DNA of 49,545 bases from NCBI GenBank assembly GCA_040391725.1, contig JBEBXF010000001.1, forward strand, positions 1 through 49,545. Direction: 5' to 3'. Of the stretch, positions 8,911 to 17,495 are shown one piece after another. Numbering within the stretch: the first letter of the stretch is position 1; each line of letters starts with the position of its first letter. Origin of the DNA: Eoetvoesiella caeni. Lineage in GTDB: Bacteria > Pseudomonadota > Gammaproteobacteria > Burkholderiales > Burkholderiaceae_B. Made by a program: the position numbers and the translations under genes. The notes under the pieces are model-generated. The model was not told where the DNA came from, did not search any database, and saw nothing but the letters and a program-made list of their open reading frames with translations.

Positions 8911-10745
8911 GGCTTTTGCTCTCCTAGTTCCAGCACTTGCGACGTAAAGGCGTAGCGTTCCAGAACGCCGCGCGCGATGTCCATGTGCACCGCCGGCACC
9001 CTGGCCGTCACCAGCGTGCCGAAGCGCGAATGCGCCGCCACGTCCAGTTCGAAACTGCCGGCAACCAAACCCTGGGCGCCGAGCGCATCGGCAAACGTGC
9101 GGCGGGCGGCGTCCAGCCTTAGCGCCTGCTTGTTGATCTTGCCTACGCCCGTCAACGGCAGCGCGGGCAGGATGAAAACTTCCTTGGGTATGGCGGCGCG
9201 CTCGTGGATGGCCGGCGCCGCCGCCTCCAGCAAGGCCTGTTCTGAAATGGCCGCGCCGGGTTTCAATTGAATATAAATCACGGGCAGTTCACCCGCATAG
9301 GCGTCGGGACGGCCGACCGCCGCCGCCAACGCCACTTCGGGGCGGGCATAGAATGCCGCTTCGACGACAGCCGGATCGATGCCGTGTCCGCCGCGCTTGA
9401 TCAGGTCTTTGGCACGTCCGGTGATCCAGACGAAGCCGTCCGCGTCCACCCTCCCAAGATCGCCGGTATTGAGCCAGCCGTCCTTGAACCAGGGCTGTTG
9501 CTCCAAAGGCCTGCCGGGGTATCCCGCAAACACGGTAGGCCCCTTGATGGCCAGCACGCCGACCTCGTCCACGCCGCAATCGCGGACTTCCTGGTCGGCG
9601 CCGTCCACCTTCACCGCCTTGACTCCGCAATAGGGCAGCGCCACGCCGACCGAGCCGGATCTCCGGCGGCCTGTGTGCGGCATGGACGTCACGGCAAGCG
9701 TGGCCTCGGTGAGCCCCCATGGCTCGGTCAGGACGACACCCAGGCCATCGGCCACCCTGTCGCCGATGGCCGTAGGCAGCGGCGCCGCGCCATTGACCAC
9801 CATGCGCAGCGCCGGCACGTCGGCGTGCCGCGGCATGGCCTGCGCCAGTTGCCCGATGACGGTGGGGGGGCCTATCAGGACGCTGACCGCTTCGCGTTGC
9901 GCCAGCAGCCACGTCGCGGCCACCGTGCCTTTGCCGCGATAGCCCTCTTCACCCAATAAAAGAACACGCGCCCCGCAAGCCAGCGGGAACAGCACGCTGG
10001 CCAGCAGGCCGCCCACATGGAACATCGGCATGGCGGCGAGCACGGTGTCTTGCGGCCCGTAGCCATAGGCATAGGCCGACATCAGAAACATCGCCGCAAG
10101 ATTGAAACCGCGCAAGGGCACCAGCTTGGGCAAACCCGTCGTGCCGCCGGTATGGAACAGCCCGACCGTCTCGTTGCGCCTGTCCCGACGGCCGGCAACG
10201 GCCTGGCCCGGCCTGTCTTGCACGCCCTCCTGATGCAGCTCGTCCAGGCTGAGCACACGCGGCGGGCGCGGGCACAGGGCCAATATCGCCGCCAGCTTCT
10301 GGCGCGCCTGCTCGCCGTCGGCCAGCAAATATCTGGCGGACATCGCCTCCAGCAAGCCGGCGATGTCCTTGGGCTCGAGATAGGCGTTGATGGGCGCGGC
10401 CACCCCAGTGGCCTGCGCGGCCAGCACGGCGGTGATGGTCAGGGGGTGATTGGGCAGCAGCATCGCAATGACGTCCCCAGGCTGAATCCCCAGCGCGTCC
10501 AGCGTGCCCACGGCACGACGGAAATTACGATGCAGTTGCGCGAAACTAAGATCCACCGGCGTGTCCGAAGGCAGGCCCCTGGGCAGAAAGCGCAAGGCAA
10601 GCGCCTCGCCGCGTTCGCGCGCGGCCAGTTCGAACAGGCCCGTCATGTCGAAGGCGCCCAGGCGCCGCTCCAAAGGCACCCGGGCATAGGCCCGCGCATC
10701 GTCGGCGCCGCCGAACACGGCGCTTATGGGGAAAGCGTCACTCAT
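8907..10745 (-). CDS. Acyl-CoA synthetase (AMP-forming)
   Basis: FHTGGTTGLPK, WGLTE, TGDLG, GRAKDLIKRGG and GVGK motifs; coupled start at 10745. Confidence 0.92.
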   Translation of the reverse strand: MSDAFPISAVFGGADDARAYARVPLERRLGAFDMTGLFELAARERGEALALRFLPRGLPSDTPVDLSFAQLHRNFRRAVGTLDALGIQPGDVIAMLLPNHPLTITAVLAAQATGVAAPINAYLEPKDIAGLLEAMSARYLLADGEQARQKLAAILALCPRPPRVLSLDELHQEGVQDRPGQAVAGRRDRRNETVGLFHTGGTTGLPKLVPLRGFNLAAMFLMSAYAYGYGPQDTVLAAMPMFHVGGLLASVLFPLACGARVLLLGEEGYRGKGTVAATWLLAQREAVSVLIGPPTVIGQLAQAMPRHADVPALRMVVNGAAPLPTAIGDRVADGLGVVLTEPWGLTEATLAVTSMPHTGRRRSGSVGVALPYCGVKAVKVDGADQEVRDCGVDEVGVLAIKGPTVFAGYPGRPLEQQPWFKDGWLNTGDLGRVDADGFVWITGRAKDLIKRGGHGIDPAVVEAAFYARPEVALAAAVGRPDAYAGELPVIYIQLKPGAAISEQALLEAAAPAIHERAAIPKEVFILPALPLTGVGKINKQALRLDAARRTFADALGAQGLVAGSFELDVAAHSRFGTLVTARVPAVHMDIARGVLERYAFTSQVLELGEQKP

Positions 10746-11749
10746 GGCTTCACGACAATTTTGCCGAAGAACTTGCGCTGTTCGAAATCGGCATAAGCGG
10801 CTATGGCCTGATCGAGCGGGATTACGCGGTCGATGACGGGCTTGAGCTTGCCCTGGGCGACGAGATCGACGCAAGCCTGCTGTTCGGCCATCGTCCAGCC
10901 GGTGGAACCGATTATCTTCATCTCGGACATGAACAGATAGGGAATATCGGTAATGGCCTTGTATCCGCCGGTGCCTCCGCAGCACAGCAGGCGGCCGAAA
11001 CGCTTGACGCAGCGCATGGACGGCTGCCAGGTTTCGCCCGCCGTGAAATTGACCACCACGTCGACGCCGCCGCCACGCAGCAGCGAGCCGGTTTTATCCT
11101 TGACCCAGCCGTCGACGGATTCGTCGTTGTAGTTGATGGTTTCGTCGGCCCCCAGGGCCTTGAGCTGCGCGCACTTCTCGTCGTCGCCCGCGGCGGCAAT
11201 GACATGCAGCCCCGCGATTTTCGCCAGCAGCACGCAGGCGTTGCCAACGCCCCCCGAAGCGCCCAGCACCAGTATGCTTTCACCGGCCTTGATCTCGCCG
11301 CGGGTATGCAGCATGCGGTAGGCCGTGCCATAGGCGCAGGGCAGGCAGGCGGCGTCTTCGTAGGAAACATTGTCCGGCAGGCGCATCAGCTGGCTGGCCC
11401 GGACGATGCAGAACTCGGCCAGGGCGCCGTTGCGGTTCTCTCCCAGCATGTCGAAGGTGCCCGAGCTCCAGTCGACTTCATGCGAGATGGGCAGCACGCG
11501 CTCGCCCACTTTCCAGCCCTGCACGCCCGGCCCCAGTTCGGCGATTTCGCCCGCGCAGTCCATGCCCGTTATGCCCGGCAATTGCACCTTGATGCCCGGC
11601 ATGCCGCGGCGCGCGAACAAATCGGCATGATTGAAGCTGGTGGCCCCGACCCGCAGCTTTACCCAGCCGGCCGGCACTTCCGGCTCGGGCCTGTCGCCGT
11701 ACCGGAGAACCGAAAGGTCTCCGTGCTCGTTGAAATATACAGCTTTCAT
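10742..11749 (-). CDS. MDR family NAD(P)H oxidoreductase (quinone/enoyl reductase-like, no obvious catalytic Zn ligands)
   Basis: SFNHADL, GMDCAG, LGASGGVG and GKIVV motifs. Confidence 0.88.
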   Translation of the reverse strand: MKAVYFNEHGDLSVLRYGDRPEPEVPAGWVKLRVGATSFNHADLFARRGMPGIKVQLPGITGMDCAGEIAELGPGVQGWKVGERVLPISHEVDWSSGTFDMLGENRNGALAEFCIVRASQLMRLPDNVSYEDAACLPCAYGTAYRMLHTRGEIKAGESILVLGASGGVGNACVLLAKIAGLHVIAAAGDDEKCAQLKALGADETINYNDESVDGWVKDKTGSLLRGGGVDVVVNFTAGETWQPSMRCVKRFGRLLCCGGTGGYKAITDIPYLFMSEMKIIGSTGWTMAEQQACVDLVAQGKLKPVIDRVIPLDQAIAAYADFEQRKFFGKIVVKP

Positions 11750-11851
11750 TCACCACTCCTCGTTGATTTTCGGGGTCGGAGCGAAGAGCGCATGCAAGGC
11801 CCAGCCCATGTCTCCGATCAAATCGTCGATATCTTCCAGGCCCGCGTTCAT
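11750..11851 (-). pseudogene. 33-codon remnant resembling the C-terminus of a Cys/Met metabolism PLP enzyme (MetC/MetB-like)
   Basis: Translated by hand as MNAGLEDIDDLIGDMGWALHALFAPTPKINEEW*; AGGAG RBS 7 nt upstream; matches the family terminal motif GLED.DDLI.D...AL. Confidence 0.6.
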
Positions 11852-11924
11852 CCACCAGCTCCTGTTGCTCCGCTCACGGGAATGGCCGTTTTCAAACTAT
11901 CGATTTTTGTATAATAGACAATTC

Positions 11925-11943
11925 ATTGCACATAAAGCAATAA
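11925..11943. promoter_or_regulatory. Palindromic operator ATTGCACATAAAGCAATAA (copy 1)
   Basis: 17/19 identical to 16565-16583; lies upstream of the CoA operon. Confidence 0.65.
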
Positions 11944-12259
11944 ATTCCTGGATTTTTTTATTGAAAGATATGCATCCAAGACATTAAGCCAAGGTGCATG
12001 GCTCGAAAGTCTTCGACAGTGACACCGGTGCGATGTGAAGAAACAGCGCGCCATGCGCCGCGCGGCGATGCCTCCTTGCCAGGCCTCTCGCCAAGGACAA
12101 AGGCGGCAAAAACACAATGATGAATCCGAGCATGGGAACACGAACGGAACTGGCGCGCGGCCGCTCGCCGCGGCCGCCGGTTCAGGACAAAACGGAGGGA
12201 GAGTTTAGAAGAGGGCTACGCGCCGCCCACGCACCATGCGGCGGCAATGCCGCAAGCGC

Positions 12260-13102
12260 TCAGTCGTCCGACGAGCGAGTCTCGCCGCGCCAGCCCAGCG
12301 CCTCGGAAACCGCCGAGGTCGTGGCCAGCAAAGCTTCGGCCAGAGGCTGGTGGTTGGTGGCCATGCCCAGTTCGCGCCGGAACAAAAGCGTCATGACCAC
12401 CACAATGTCGCCTTGATAATCGAAGACGGGCGCCGCCAGGGCCGAGACGGAATTGACGTAGTGCCCCTGTTCCTGCGCCAGGCCCGCCCGGCGTATGTCC
12501 GCGCATATGGCCTTGATCTGCTTCGGGTCGATTTCCCGCCCTTGGCGCCGCATGGTGGCGTTTTCCAGCCGCACAAGCTCGCCGGTCATGCTTTTGGGCA
12601 GATGCGTCAGGAACACCCGGCCCGTTGCCGAAGTCAGGACGGGAAAGATCGACCCCAGGCCCAGATCCGTGCCCAGCATCAGCTTGCTGCGCTTGAGCCG
12701 TACACAGGTCGGGCCGCGATCGCCCCATACACAGAAAATACCGGTAAGATCCAGCCGCTCGCACAGTTCAGTCAGGCCCTGGGACGAGACCTCGAACACG
12801 TCGGTCTTGGACATGGCGGAGATACCCCACCGCAAAGCCTGGGGCCCTAGGCCATATCGGCCGGTGGCGGCGTCCTGATAGATCAGGTCGGACTTGCCGA
12901 AGCTGGTCAGATAGCGATGCGCCTGGCTGGCGGATATGCCCGCCAGCCTGCCCACTTCGCTAAGCGGCAACGGCTCGGTGGCCTTGGCCAGCACGTCCAC
13001 CACCCGAACTCCGACCTCGACCGACTGGATGCCCTTGCGCGCGCGCGGCGCGGCGCCTGAAGCCGGTGTTTTCGATGCTGGACGGTTTTTTTCAGTGGAC
13101 AC
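12260..13102 (-). CDS. IclR family transcriptional regulator
   Basis: IQSVE.G..V, HTH QAHRYL, YGLGP, SATGRVFL and ALAAPVFD motifs; GTG start inferred. Confidence 0.9.
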   Translation of the reverse strand: MSTEKNRPASKTPASGAAPRARKGIQSVEVGVRVVDVLAKATEPLPLSEVGRLAGISASQAHRYLTSFGKSDLIYQDAATGRYGLGPQALRWGISAMSKTDVFEVSSQGLTELCERLDLTGIFCVWGDRGPTCVRLKRSKLMLGTDLGLGSIFPVLTSATGRVFLTHLPKSMTGELVRLENATMRRQGREIDPKQIKAICADIRRAGLAQEQGHYVNSVSALAAPVFDYQGDIVVVMTLLFRRELGMATNHQPLAEALLATTSAVSEALGWRGETRSSDD

Positions 13103-13146
13103 GCAAGCAGCCTTGAAGTGATCGGAACTAGGGCCTGTTATCCATA

Positions 13147-13863
13147 TTAAGGAGATCGCGAAGCCGCCATATCGACAGCGGCCGTCGCGTGCAGGCGGGT
13201 TGTATCGTAACATGGCAAAGCAAGGCTGCGCCCTTGTTCCAGCAGCAAGGGCAGCTCGGTGCAGCCCACAATAACCCCCTCGAGACCGCGATCGCGCATG
13301 CGCTGCACAACCCCTTCGACCGCCTGGCGCGACGACTCCCGTACAAGCCCGTGCGTCAATTCATCAAGGATGATGCCGTGCAGTAGATCGCGATCGGAGG
13401 CATCGGGCGATACGACCTCGATATCGAAATGCCGGCGCAGCCAATCGGCGTACATGCCGTCTTCCGTAACGTAGCGCGTGCCGATAAGGCCCACCCGCCG
13501 CAAGCCGTCGCGCCGCAGGGCCTGGCCGGTGGCCTGGCCGATATGCAATAGTGGCAGCCCCACCGCGCTTTGCACTTCTTCGGCCACTCGATGCGCGGTA
13601 TTGGCCGTCAACAGGAAAAAGCCGGCGCCCGCCGCGGCAAGCCGCTTGCCCGCATCACTCAACGCCTGGGCCACTTCCCGCCACTGCCCAGCCTGGGCGG
13701 CCATGAGCAGCGGTTCGAAATCCAGCGAGTACAGCACGCACTCGGCGCTGTGATGCCCGCTGTAGCGCTCCTGGGTGATCTGGTTGATATGGCGGTAGTA
13801 CAAAGCCGTGGACTCCCAACTGGTTCCACCAATCAACCCCATGATCCTGGTCGGGGGCTTCAT
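13147..13863 (-). CDS. Aspartate/glutamate racemase family (YgeA-like)
   Basis: GLIGGTSWEST..YY, TANTAH, GLIGT and GCTELP motifs. Confidence 0.9.
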   Translation of the reverse strand: MKPPTRIMGLIGGTSWESTALYYRHINQITQERYSGHHSAECVLYSLDFEPLLMAAQAGQWREVAQALSDAGKRLAAAGAGFFLLTANTAHRVAEEVQSAVGLPLLHIGQATGQALRRDGLRRVGLIGTRYVTEDGMYADWLRRHFDIEVVSPDASDRDLLHGIILDELTHGLVRESSRQAVEGVVQRMRDRGLEGVIVGCTELPLLLEQGRSLALPCYDTTRLHATAAVDMAASRSP

Positions 13864-14759
13864 AGGCTTAGCGACGAACCCGACCGCCTGGACTTCCTGG
13901 GCAAAGCCAGGGCGGCCACCACGAAAAGGCCCGTCATCAGTTTCAGGTCGGACGGCGGCAGGCCGGTTGCCAGCGCCAGCGACACCAACTGGTAATAGCC
14001 CAGCGACCCGACGACCGGCGCGCATATCTGCCGCGCCACGGTATGCCGGCCTACGATGGCTTCGCCAAGAATGAGCGAAGCCAGGCCGTTGACGACCACG
14101 CCGAACCCCATCGTGACGTCGGCATAGCCCTGCTGCTGGACGATAAGCGCGCCGCCCGCCGCCACAATGGCATTGGCCAGGGCGAACCCGCCGACAATGT
14201 ACGTGCGCGAACGAATGGCCAGGGCGGGCGCCAGCTTGTCGTTGGCCCCCACGCAGCGCAGCGACAAGCCGATTTCGGTGCGGAAGAAACCGATCAACGC
14301 CAGAACCAGCAACAGTATCAATACCGCAAGCACCGCCACCTGGATGCCGTTGGACTGCAGTATGCCTGTCCATATCTGATCGAAAACATTGAAGCCCGGC
14401 ACAGTGGGCGCATTGGGCTTGCCCATGACGCGCAGGTCCACGCTCCAGAGCATGGTGGAAACCAGAATCCCGGCCAGCAAGGAATGAATGCGCAGACGAA
14501 GATGCAGCCATGCCGTGGCCGCTCCTGCCAGCGCGCCCGCCACGATCGCCAGCGCCGTGGCGGCGAACGGGCTTATGCCGGCCGTGGTGACCGCCGCAAC
14601 CACGCAGGCGCCCAGAGGGAAACTGCCTTCGCAAGTCATGTCGGGCAGCGACAATATGCGAAACGGAATCATGATGCCCATGGCCACCGACGCATACAGC
14701 AGGCTTTGAACCAGGGTAATGGGAACCAAGTACCAGAAGCTGGCAACGATTTCTATCAT
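13860..14759 (-). CDS. ABC transporter permease (COG4120-like)
   Basis: PDMTCEGSFPLG, LLAGIL and QQQGYADVTMG.G....GLAS.ILGE motifs. Confidence 0.88.
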   Translation of the reverse strand: MIEIVASFWYLVPITLVQSLLYASVAMGIMIPFRILSLPDMTCEGSFPLGACVVAAVTTAGISPFAATALAIVAGALAGAATAWLHLRLRIHSLLAGILVSTMLWSVDLRVMGKPNAPTVPGFNVFDQIWTGILQSNGIQVAVLAVLILLLVLALIGFFRTEIGLSLRCVGANDKLAPALAIRSRTYIVGGFALANAIVAAGGALIVQQQGYADVTMGFGVVVNGLASLILGEAIVGRHTVARQICAPVVGSLGYYQLVSLALATGLPPSDLKLMTGLFVVAALALPRKSRRSGSSLSL

Positions 14760-14761
14760 GG

Positions 14762-15556
14762 TCAACTCAGCATGATGCGGTCGTCCGCAATGTGGAAGCG
14801 CTCGACAAGGCCGGCAACCGTCATGCCCTGCTTGTCGGCGGAGGAAAGATCGGCGCGCACGCGGCCGGCCATCATCATGACGATGCGCGACCCGTACTCC
14901 AAGGCATGCTCCATATTGTGAGTCACCATCAAGGTGGTCAGCTTCTTGGACGCCACCAGCCGGGCCGTGGCGTCCATGACGATGGCCGATGTTTTGGGGT
15001 CGAGCGCGGCGGTGTGCTCGTCCAGCAGCAGCACGCGCGGCGCTTCCAGCGTTGCCATGACCAGGGCCAGCGCCTGGCGCTGGCCCCCGGACAAAGTACC
15101 TGCCTGAGCCGTAAGGCGCGACTCCAGGCCCAGGCCCAGTTCGGCCAGCACGTCGCGGTAGCGCTGCCTTCGCCCCGGCGTAAGAGCCCTGCGCCAACCA
15201 CGCCCCTTGGCACGCATTTCCGACAACGCCAGGTTTTCCTCGACGGTAAGCAGGGGCGCCGTGCCGACCATGGGATCCTGGAACACGCGGGCCACGTCCA
15301 GCGCGCGCTCGTCCTCGCGCAGCCGGGTAACATCGCGCCCCTGGATGGAGATGGTGCCGGAGTCGACGCCAAGCGCCCCGCTGATGAGATTCAACAAGGT
15401 GCTTTTGCCGGCGCCGTTGCCGCCAATGACCGCGACGAACTCGCCAACGCCGATGGAAAGGCTTACGCCGTCGGTGGCGACCTTCTCGTCGATGGTGCCG
15501 ACATTGAACGACTTGCGAAGATTCTCCAGCCCAATGGCAGCGTGTTCAACACTCAT
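14762..15556 (-). CDS. ABC transporter ATP-binding protein (COG1101-like)
   Basis: Walker A GGNGAGKS, LSGGQRQ and LLLDEHTAALDP motifs. Confidence 0.93.
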   Translation of the reverse strand: MSVEHAAIGLENLRKSFNVGTIDEKVATDGVSLSIGVGEFVAVIGGNGAGKSTLLNLISGALGVDSGTISIQGRDVTRLREDERALDVARVFQDPMVGTAPLLTVEENLALSEMRAKGRGWRRALTPGRRQRYRDVLAELGLGLESRLTAQAGTLSGGQRQALALVMATLEAPRVLLLDEHTAALDPKTSAIVMDATARLVASKKLTTLMVTHNMEHALEYGSRIVMMMAGRVRADLSSADKQGMTVAGLVERFHIADDRIMLS

Positions 15557-16527
15557 TTGACGACGCAATTGCAGTCTTTGAGCGCGGCCGGCAGCGTCCA
15601 CCCCAATGTTTTCATGCGCGAGGCGCTGATCATGGGCACGTGGTCGGCCTCACTCGGCCGCCAGGCAGGAATGCTTTGCGGGTCGGCACCCTTGAGGATG
15701 CGCGCCGCAATGCGTCCCGCCGCCTCGCCCGACTGCTTGAACGATACCGCCAGCGCGGCCACCGCCTGGCCCTGCTGCACCATTTGAGGAATGGTGGTCA
15801 GCACGGGCATTTTCATGCGCTCGGCCGTGGAGGAAATGACGGCCGCCCCCTGCTGGATGCGCCCCGAAGCGACCGGATAGATGGCGTCCGCCCGGCCCAT
15901 GGCCGACTGGACGCGCTGAGGAAGCTCGGAGGGATTGTCGACGCCGATCTTGACGATGGAAATGCCGTGCTTGCCGGCCACCTGCTGGATGCTTTCCAGG
16001 GCCGTGGTGGAGCTGTCGTCGCCCGTGTCATACAGCACGGCCAGCCGCTTGAGCTTGGGCATGACCTTCTGGAAGAAATTGAGCACCGCATCGTAATCCA
16101 GGGCCACCGACGAGCCCGTCATGAGCGGGCTGCCGGTTTTCCAGTCCGGCACCAGATGCGCATGCACCGGATCGGCAATGGGCGTGAAGACAATGGGGAA
16201 CTTCCTGGACTTGAGCTGCTGGCTCGCCATGACCGACACCGGAGTGGCGATGGTGACCATCACGTCGGGCGATGCCGCGGCAAGCTTGTTGAGCATCTGG
16301 GGAATGAGCGCCTGGTCGAAGTTGACATTGGTTTCGTCGTACTCGACGTTCTTTCCCGCCGTGAACCCGCCCTCGGCCATGCCCTCCTTGAACCCTTCGA
16401 TGGTCGCATCCAGCGAGGGATGCGGCCCCCAGCCGGCGATGGCGACTTTTTTCATCTGGGCATGCGCGGGAATGGCGAATGCCATGGCAACCGTCGATAC
16501 AGCAACGAATCTATAAAAAAATCGCAT
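15553..16527 (-). CDS. ABC substrate-binding protein (COG2984-like, aromatic amino-acid-binding type)
   Basis: Signal peptide ending AHA; HPSLD, IATP, PIVF....DPV and G..A..ILKG motifs. Confidence 0.88.
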   Translation of the reverse strand: MRFFYRFVAVSTVAMAFAIPAHAQMKKVAIAGWGPHPSLDATIEGFKEGMAEGGFTAGKNVEYDETNVNFDQALIPQMLNKLAAASPDVMVTIATPVSVMASQQLKSRKFPIVFTPIADPVHAHLVPDWKTGSPLMTGSSVALDYDAVLNFFQKVMPKLKRLAVLYDTGDDSSTTALESIQQVAGKHGISIVKIGVDNPSELPQRVQSAMGRADAIYPVASGRIQQGAAVISSTAERMKMPVLTTIPQMVQQGQAVAALAVSFKQSGEAAGRIAARILKGADPQSIPAWRPSEADHVPMISASRMKTLGWTLPAALKDCNCVVK

Positions 16528-16563
16528 CGCTACTCTCCTTGGAAAATTGGACTATACAGAATG

Positions 16564-16583
16564 TATTGCACATCATGCAATAA
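16564..16583. promoter_or_regulatory. Palindromic operator TATTGCA-N5-TGCAATA (copy 2)
   Basis: Perfect inverted repeat upstream of the ABC operon; near-identical to 11925-11943. Confidence 0.7.
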
Positions 16584-16753
16584 GATTAAACCCGCGAGCA
16601 AGTATTTCCCAACTCCTGCGATGCTGGCTCAAATTAAATGACGGCGGCCCTGGTTTCACGACGCGAGTCGTCCAGGGCCTGTCCAAAGGAATAATGATCA
16701 ATACCATTCCGCCTGGCGCAGACGGAATCGAAGCCGCTAAAGCCGAAAGACGG

Positions 16754-17464
16754 CTACCGCCCGTCCAGCTCTGGATAATGGCGGAACATGCCGTCGCCGA
16801 ACGGCAGGCGGCGGTCGCTGGCGAAATAGTCTTGCAGCTCGGGCAGATTGGCCACCCTTTGATGCAGACCCGCCAAAAGCGGATAGCTGTGCATGATGGC
16901 CGCCATGCGCTTTGGAAACGCAAACAGCAAGCCATCCATCAATTGGTACAGCGACAGGTCGGCATACGACCAGCGCGCACTGCTGGTAAGCCAGCCGTCG
17001 TAATGCGAAAGCACCTTCTCGAAATAAGCCAGGTACTTCGGCAGCCGCGCCTGGCGAAAGTCTTGTGCGCGGCGCAAGGCCTCCACCTTTTGCTCTTCGT
17101 AGTACATGCCCGAAGCAATGGGGTGATGAACATCGTGCGCCTCCACCACCATGTCGGCGATGGTCAGCTGCAACTGGTTCACCCAAAGCCGCCCGGCTGT
17201 GTCGGACGGCGCCAAGCCATGCTTTTCCCCAAGGAACAACAGGATATTGGCGGTCTGGGAAATGGTCATGCCGTCGGCAATCAGATACGGCGGCGCAAAC
17301 GGCGGGCAGGCGCGATCGCTCAGCATATCGTCGATCAGCCGCCGGCTGTCGCCATCGCCTTCCCGGGCGCAATCCCGATAGGCAATGCCCGCCGCCTCAA
17401 GCGCCAACCGAACGAATTCGCCACGGCCGGGAATGCCGTTCCAATACCAGAGTTCATAGATCAT
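16754..17464 (-). CDS. Glutathione S-transferase
   Basis: LWYW.GIPGRGEFVRLALE, FAPPYL, ISQTANIL and SYADLSL motifs. Confidence 0.88.
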   Translation of the reverse strand: MIYELWYWNGIPGRGEFVRLALEAAGIAYRDCAREGDGDSRRLIDDMLSDRACPPFAPPYLIADGMTISQTANILLFLGEKHGLAPSDTAGRLWVNQLQLTIADMVVEAHDVHHPIASGMYYEEQKVEALRRAQDFRQARLPKYLAYFEKVLSHYDGWLTSSARWSYADLSLYQLMDGLLFAFPKRMAAIMHSYPLLAGLHQRVANLPELQDYFASDRRLPFGDGMFRHYPELDGR

Positions 17465-17495
17465 GCCGGTTCCTTGGAGAAAATTACGCCATCAG

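Noticed and set aside
11990-12200. Possible riboswitch or ncRNA in the intergenic region upstream of the CoA operon
   Set aside because: Only short GC hairpins and no recognisable consensus; an Rfam/Infernal scan would be needed.
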